DNA of 50,206 nucleotides, the filler included, from Ionaspis alba (taxonomy: Eukaryota), in the NCBI GenBank assembly GCA_964255285.1. It is 2 parts of 2 records of this genome, joined end to end, with 100 filler letters (N's around TTAATTAATTAA, not from the genome) between each part and the next. Parts side by side here need not be neighbours in the genome. Positions count along the whole stretch, not along the records: positions 25,166 to 50,206 come from CAXUUL010000163.1; 1 more part is not named here. One strand, 5' to 3'. The first letter of the stretch is position 1. Each line of letters opens with the position of its first letter. Below are positions 45,001 through 50,206 of the stretch, in pieces. The notes under the pieces are model-generated. The model saw only the letters and a program-made list of their open reading frames with translations, searched no databases and was not told the origin of the DNA. The translations under genes and the position numbers were made by a program.

Positions 45001-48000
45001 CCACTTCGTGTCAGATTAGATTTAGCGCGATTGGATGAAACCTTCAGCTGGTTCGGTGGACTGAGTAGCGTACTCGGCCTTGGTAACTCTGTGATCTCAG
45101 TCGCTACAGTCGTAGACACGAAATCGAAGCATCAGCAGAGCAACACAAAACGTGTGCGAGGTGTCCGATTTCAAACCCCAGGTGAACCAAAAATACCACA
45201 ACCTCAGTCTGAGATCTCGCAACAGAAGGTGACTGTCAGAATAGGTGGGCTTCTGTTTGATCTCCAGGGCAAAGAATCCTCACTTCGACTGGAAGGCACA
45301 GCTTTGAAGGTGGTAAGCCGTGCTGAGGGTGTTGGCATGCAGCTTGATAAACTAAAGTTCAGCGGACCACATCTAAGGCAGTCACCAGAAGAGCCCGCAG
45401 TCTACGCGCAACTCGGAAATATCAGGATTGAGTATCTCGAAACACCCAACGAGACTGATCTAGGCAGACTTCTTGCACTTCTGTCACCCTCACGAGATAG
45501 AGACGATACGGATGATGATATTCTTTTGGATACCTTGTTGCGTCAACGCAGACAAGGTGGTGTTGTTCGAATCACAGTCGCGTCCATTGAAGGCATGGTT
45601 AAGAGGTTGAATGAAATGAACCATTTCTCTGTGATCTCGGAGGAGCTTGGGAAATTGTCGAAAGTCGCCAAATATCTACCGGAGGATGATCGTCCAGGGA
45701 TTCTCACCCTCGCACTCGTGCGTGACCTACGAGTGGACGTTCAGGTTAACAGCACCTTTGGTCTAGCTTCGATTACTTCCAATAACATGGAAGTGGCTCA
45801 TGTCTCTCTACCATCTTTAATCTTGCTCGGCATTAGCTCCCTGCAGGCCCACCATCAAGGACAAGAACTTGTCGGTTTCGCTCTGCCATTCGAAGAAACA
45901 CTTGAGCAACGAACGCCTATGATCATGACAAGATATATAGGCGACGAGCTTGAGCCAACGATGAAGTTCAAGCTGTGGAATGTGCGACTGGAATATCGTA
46001 TCTCAACAATCATGGCAATGATGGGACTCACCGAGTCTATCTCTGGCGAGGTTGTCATTTCCGATATGGTCAATTCTATAGCAACGCTAACAGACCGGCG
46101 ATCTTCTCCTAAGCTCAGCAGTCAGACTTCTTCGAACAGCGACAGGTCATCTACTGGAACCAAGCTTCTCAAGTTTGACGTTTGTATTCGGGACTCGGTC
46201 ATCGCACTCAATCCTAGGGGCTCTCAGTGTAGAGGCTTAATTGTCCTCACTCGAACCAACATCACTGGCACGTTCCCTAAAAGCGACGAAATTGAACTTG
46301 GTGGCGCGCTGGAGATCAAAAAGGCTTCAGTAATGGTGATTGACGATACAGATAACATCATATTTCCGAAACACCAAGCGCTGTCACAATCACCGTCAAT
46401 TAATGCGGCTCAGGTACAAAGTCTCTCGTCCATGGGATATGTTGTAGTCAGTGATATCTCAGCTGCCAAGATCAGTGTCCAGACAGTCCCATCTGGGAAC
46501 GAGGGCACAAAGACTATCGATATTGAAGTTCGCGATGAACTTTTCGTTCTCGAAACCTGCGCAGATTCAACACAAACACTGCAGAGTATATTGAACGGGC
46601 TAAAACCCCCCATGCCACCGAGTCAGGAGCTCAAATATAGGACAGAAATCGTTCCTGTGGAAGACATGCTTGCCTCGTTTTCAGGAGACGCATATGAGAC
46701 TGTGGGAGCCGGCGAAGGCGAAGACGACTTTCCTCTTGGTCTCGACGAAGGCGACATGATGGACGATGAGGTGCCTCAGAATCTGGAATATGTCAGCAGT
46801 TTCTACGATCCAAATCCTGCGTCGACTGTAGACGACATTGCCAACAGTATGTTGGAGGACGATTTAAGCTCTTTGGCACGTCCACCAGCCACTCGAGAGA
46901 TAGGCGATAGAAGACTTCTGCAGAGCTTCGAAGAACAATTCGAAATTGCACCTGGAGGTGAATCTCTTAATTTCAGTGACGACCACTTTGGTGGCACCTC
47001 CTCGATGGGCGGTACTGCACACAAGTGGAACTCGGACCGAAACACTTACGATCTGACGAATGAATCTCGGATGCGCGGAAGCCCGCTGAGACTGCGGATG
47101 CGCGACGTCCATATTATCTGGAATCTGTTCGACGGATACGATTGGCAAAACACTAGGGATACCATCAGTCAAGCTGTAGCGGAGGTTGAGACCAAGGCTG
47201 CCGAGCGACTGGCACGCAAAGATAGGCGGAAGTCCTTCGAGATAGAGGAGGAAGAGGACTCTGTGATTGGAGACTTCCTTTTCAATTCCATATATATCGG
47301 CATACCAGCAAATCAGGACCCCAAAGACCTTACTCGCCAAGTCAACCGAAACCTCGACGATTTAGCCAGTGAAGCTGAAAGCTACGCTACCTCAACTACT
47401 GCATCAGGCTCACCCAGTAGACCGGGATACATGCCAAGAGCGAAACGCAGAAAGCTCCGACTCAATCGAAGCAAGCATCACAAGATGACTTTCGAGCTCA
47501 AAGGCGTATCCGCCGATCTCGTAGTCTTCCCTCCCAATACTGGGGAAACCCAAAGTTCCATCGATATTCGAGTGCAAGAACTCGACATCTTTGACCACGT
47601 CCCGACATCCACCTGGAAGAAATTCGCAACCTACATGCACGATGCCGGCGAGCGCGAAAGCGGCACCAGCATGGTCCACATCGAGATTCTCAATGTGAAA
47701 CCTGTCGCTGACCTCGCCGCTTCGGAAATCATCCTCAAAGCTACCGTCCTCCCACTCCGTCTCCATGTCGACCAAGATGCCCTTGACTTCATGACCCGTT
47801 TCTTCGAGTTCAAAGCCCCTACCGCACCTCTCCACTCCAGCCCTGCCGACGTCCCCTTCCTCCAACGAGTCGAAGTAAACTCCATCCGCGTGCGCCTGGA
47901 TTTCAAGCCTAAACGTGTTGACTACGCGGGCCTCCGCAGTGGGCACACGACTGAATTCATGAACTTCTTCATCCTAGACCAAGCAGACATGGTCCTGCGC

Positions 48001-48755
48001 CACGTCATCATCTATGGCGTTTCCGGCTTCGACAAGCTGGGCAAGACCCTCAACGACGTATGGATGCCTGACATCAAGCGTAACCAGCTACCTGGCGTCC
48101 TAGCCGGTCTTGCGCCTGTTCGCTCCCTAGTCAACGTGGGAGGTGGTGTCCGTGATCTGGTGGTCGTGCCTATGCGCGAGTACCGCAAAGACGGCCGTGT
48201 CTTGCGCAGTATCCAGAAGGGTGCTTTGTCCTTTGCCAAGACGACGACGACCGAGCTCGCAAAGCTGGGTGCGAAATTGGCCATTGGTACGCAGACCGTA
48301 CTGCAGGGCGCGGAGGACTATCTCGTCCCGACCTCGCCATCTTCTCAGCGCGTAGAACACTGGGAGAGCGCAGACATCGACCCCGAGGAGAAGAAACATA
48401 TCTCGCTCTATGCCGACCAACCTGTTGGCGTCGTTCAAGGTCTGCGAGGCGCGTATAGGCATCTGGAAAGAGATCTAGTGATGGCGAGAGACGCGATCGT
48501 CGCTATGCCGGGAGAGGTTATGGAAAGTGGGAGTGCAGGTGGGGCGGCGAGAGCAGTGTTGAGAGGGGCGCCAACGGTGATTTTGAGACCAGCATTGGGA
48601 GTCACAAAGGCGGTGGGACAGACGTTGTTGGGCGCGACGAATAGTTTGGATAGGGGGGAGAGGAGGAGGGTTGAGGATGTGAGTGATCGTCTCCGTGTGC
48701 TTTTTTGTCTGTGGGATTGCGCTAACTGTTGGAGTAGAAATACAAGAAGCATTAG
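42029..48755 (+). CDS. ATG2: Autophagy-related lipid transfer protein Atg2, 2199 aa
   Basis: Exons 42029-42190, 42259-48678, 48738-48755. N-terminus [49 protein letters not shown]-terminus EDKYKKH. Confidence 0.96.
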
Positions 48756-49098
48756 AGGTTCTAGGAGAGGTTCCGAAATTGTGAAACCTAGGTAGATTCG
48801 AATGGGTCGTGAGATTGGCGAATGAGATTGGGTGCACTGCTAGCATAGCGATTTATGAGCTGCATTTTTTGTGTCTTCGCCCCTTTTGGTTATTTTTTCG
48901 GGACTTTATGATTATGACGAGCATCAAATACGCACGGGAAGGAGTTCTTTAAAGGAAACAACCACGAGTTCTTGACTACGAGACTTCTCAATATGATTTG
49001 TTTTGAGCTTGCTCGAAATCACTAGCATACAGGTATTGTGTTACATCAAGGCCGTTCCCTCGGTTTCAACATTCGTCCCGCTGATCCTAAGAATCGTT

Positions 49099-49966
49099 TC
49101 AATGCGTCTCCCTCACATTCGCCCCCGCCTTCCCACTTGGCCCCGTCGGCGTTGCAGTTTGTATTCCCTTCGGCCCCACACCACTACTCCCGCTAACCTC
49201 GCCCTCAGCCGCATATTTCTTCAGATCCGCCATGCTAATCGAATTGAGCGCTGACTCGTCCGTCGCATGGAGAAAGACCCTACACCACCAAACACATCAG
49301 CAAATGAACCTTCAACTAATCAAGAGCAAGCATCACACAATCATGAGCATATTCAATTTTCCCAGCGCCTGAAGGAGGTGCAGTGGAAAAAGAGAGGACT
49401 TGGAATTTGCAAACATACTTAGGCACAACAGGATCATCTTCTCCCTTCGCAGCCTCCATCGCCTCCTTCCACCTCGCCGTGCACAAGCACCATTTACAAC
49501 CGTCCGTCAAGCCAATGTCTCGGAGATTGTTTCCACGTGAAGCGGAAAAGTCAAGGAATTTGTCTGTCACAACGCCTTCAATCACGGTACGTCAGCCACA
49601 ACAGCTTGAACAAGATGGATATTGGAGGGAAAGGGAGGGTGGAAAGAGGCAGGGGGTGGGAAGGGAAGAGGGAGGTACCTGCAACGGCATGATTGCCCTT
49701 GTCCTCGGGCCCGACACGACAGTAGCCGTCGCGGTAGAAACCGGTCATTGGTTTTTGGGAGAAGAGACCGAGGGGCTTTTTGAAGACTAGAGCACCAGTT
49801 TACACGTTAGCAGCATTCAATTGAGAAAGCTCAATAGAAGTAGCGTAAGAATAGATTTATCTCTCTACTCTCTTTCTTTCGTTCGCTCGATCGTTCGGAT
49901 TACATCCCCCTTGAAGATGCTAAACGGCTTACCATTCAAATTGTGGTTACTCGGTTTCGTAGCCAT
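49099..49966 (-). CDS. DUF2237-family protein, 159 aa
   Basis: Exons 49966-49933, 49786-49679, 49575-49419, 49279-49099 join in frame. LNVFKKPL, PMTGFYRDGYC, FLDFSASRGNNL, KWCLCTARWKEA and VFLHATDESAL. Confidence 0.88.
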
Positions 49967-50206
49967 CTCGAGAGCGACAATAAAGGCGACGATTGGGCAG
50001 CTGATGACAATGAGAAGATATGAGATATCGCGGGTAGTCCAGGGCATAAAAGGCACTATCTTCTGTAGGATTAAGAAGACTAGGAAAACAACTTTGTCGA
50101 TTTCAGTACTATGTGATTTAGATAACTTTCAATGCCCTATTTTTGATCATTATGTCATTGACGAAGAATGACGATTAGAGATCTGGGATCGGGAAGCTCG
50201 GACCAT

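Noticed and set aside
48679..48795. ATG2 C-terminal tail VSDRLRVLF...VKPR in the ORF track
   Set aside because: This is read-through of a canonical intron (GTGAGT...GCTAAC...TAG). Splicing gives the expected end EDKYKKH.
1..50206. tRNA/rRNA genes, CRISPR arrays, intact transposases or a secondary-metabolite cluster
   Set aside because: No cloverleaf or T-loop context, repeat-spacer array, transposase/RT motif or PKS/NRPS backbone was recognised by eye.

Overview
Eukaryotic DNA from a filamentous ascomycete (Pezizomycotina, inferred from short GT-AG introns with CTRAY branch points and from the gene families). I could reconstruct 17 gene models by hand (16 complete, one cut off by the window edge) plus one probable pseudogene; all complete spliced models close in frame. 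The window is not one contiguous locus. An artificial 100-nt linker (44 N, TTAATTAATTAA, 44 N) at 25066-25165 joins two unrelated contigs, and two 100-N gaps are each flanked by exact 55-bp duplications typical of an unmerged k-mer overlap. The left part carries an aldo-keto reductase (truncated), a PIN-like/auxin-efflux-family transporter, a DUF3824-like protein and a mitochondrial SAM-carrier-like gene. An orphan-rich block follows at about 8.9-17.5 kb: a disrupted TM/coiled-coil ORF, a Ser/Thr-TM-Pro-rich membrane protein, a divergent second AKR and an intron-containing, signal-less trypsin-fold protease. The left part ends with a Vrl1/VARP-like VPS9-ankyrin-PX gene and TIM44. The right part carries a Cps1-like GT2 synthase, a SPRY protein with a 15-aa proline repeat, an MBL-fold protein, a Ca2+/H+ exchanger, ATP20, ROK1, ATG2 and a DUF2237 protein. 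The most notable observations are the intracellular trypsin-like protease, a 22-bp exact direct repeat bracketing the orphan block, a five-helix nested stem-loop filling ATP20 intron 1, and a 3-nt micro-exon in the Ca2+/H+ exchanger. No tRNA, rRNA, CRISPR array or intact transposon was recognised. Family assignments come from motif recognition only, not from database searches.
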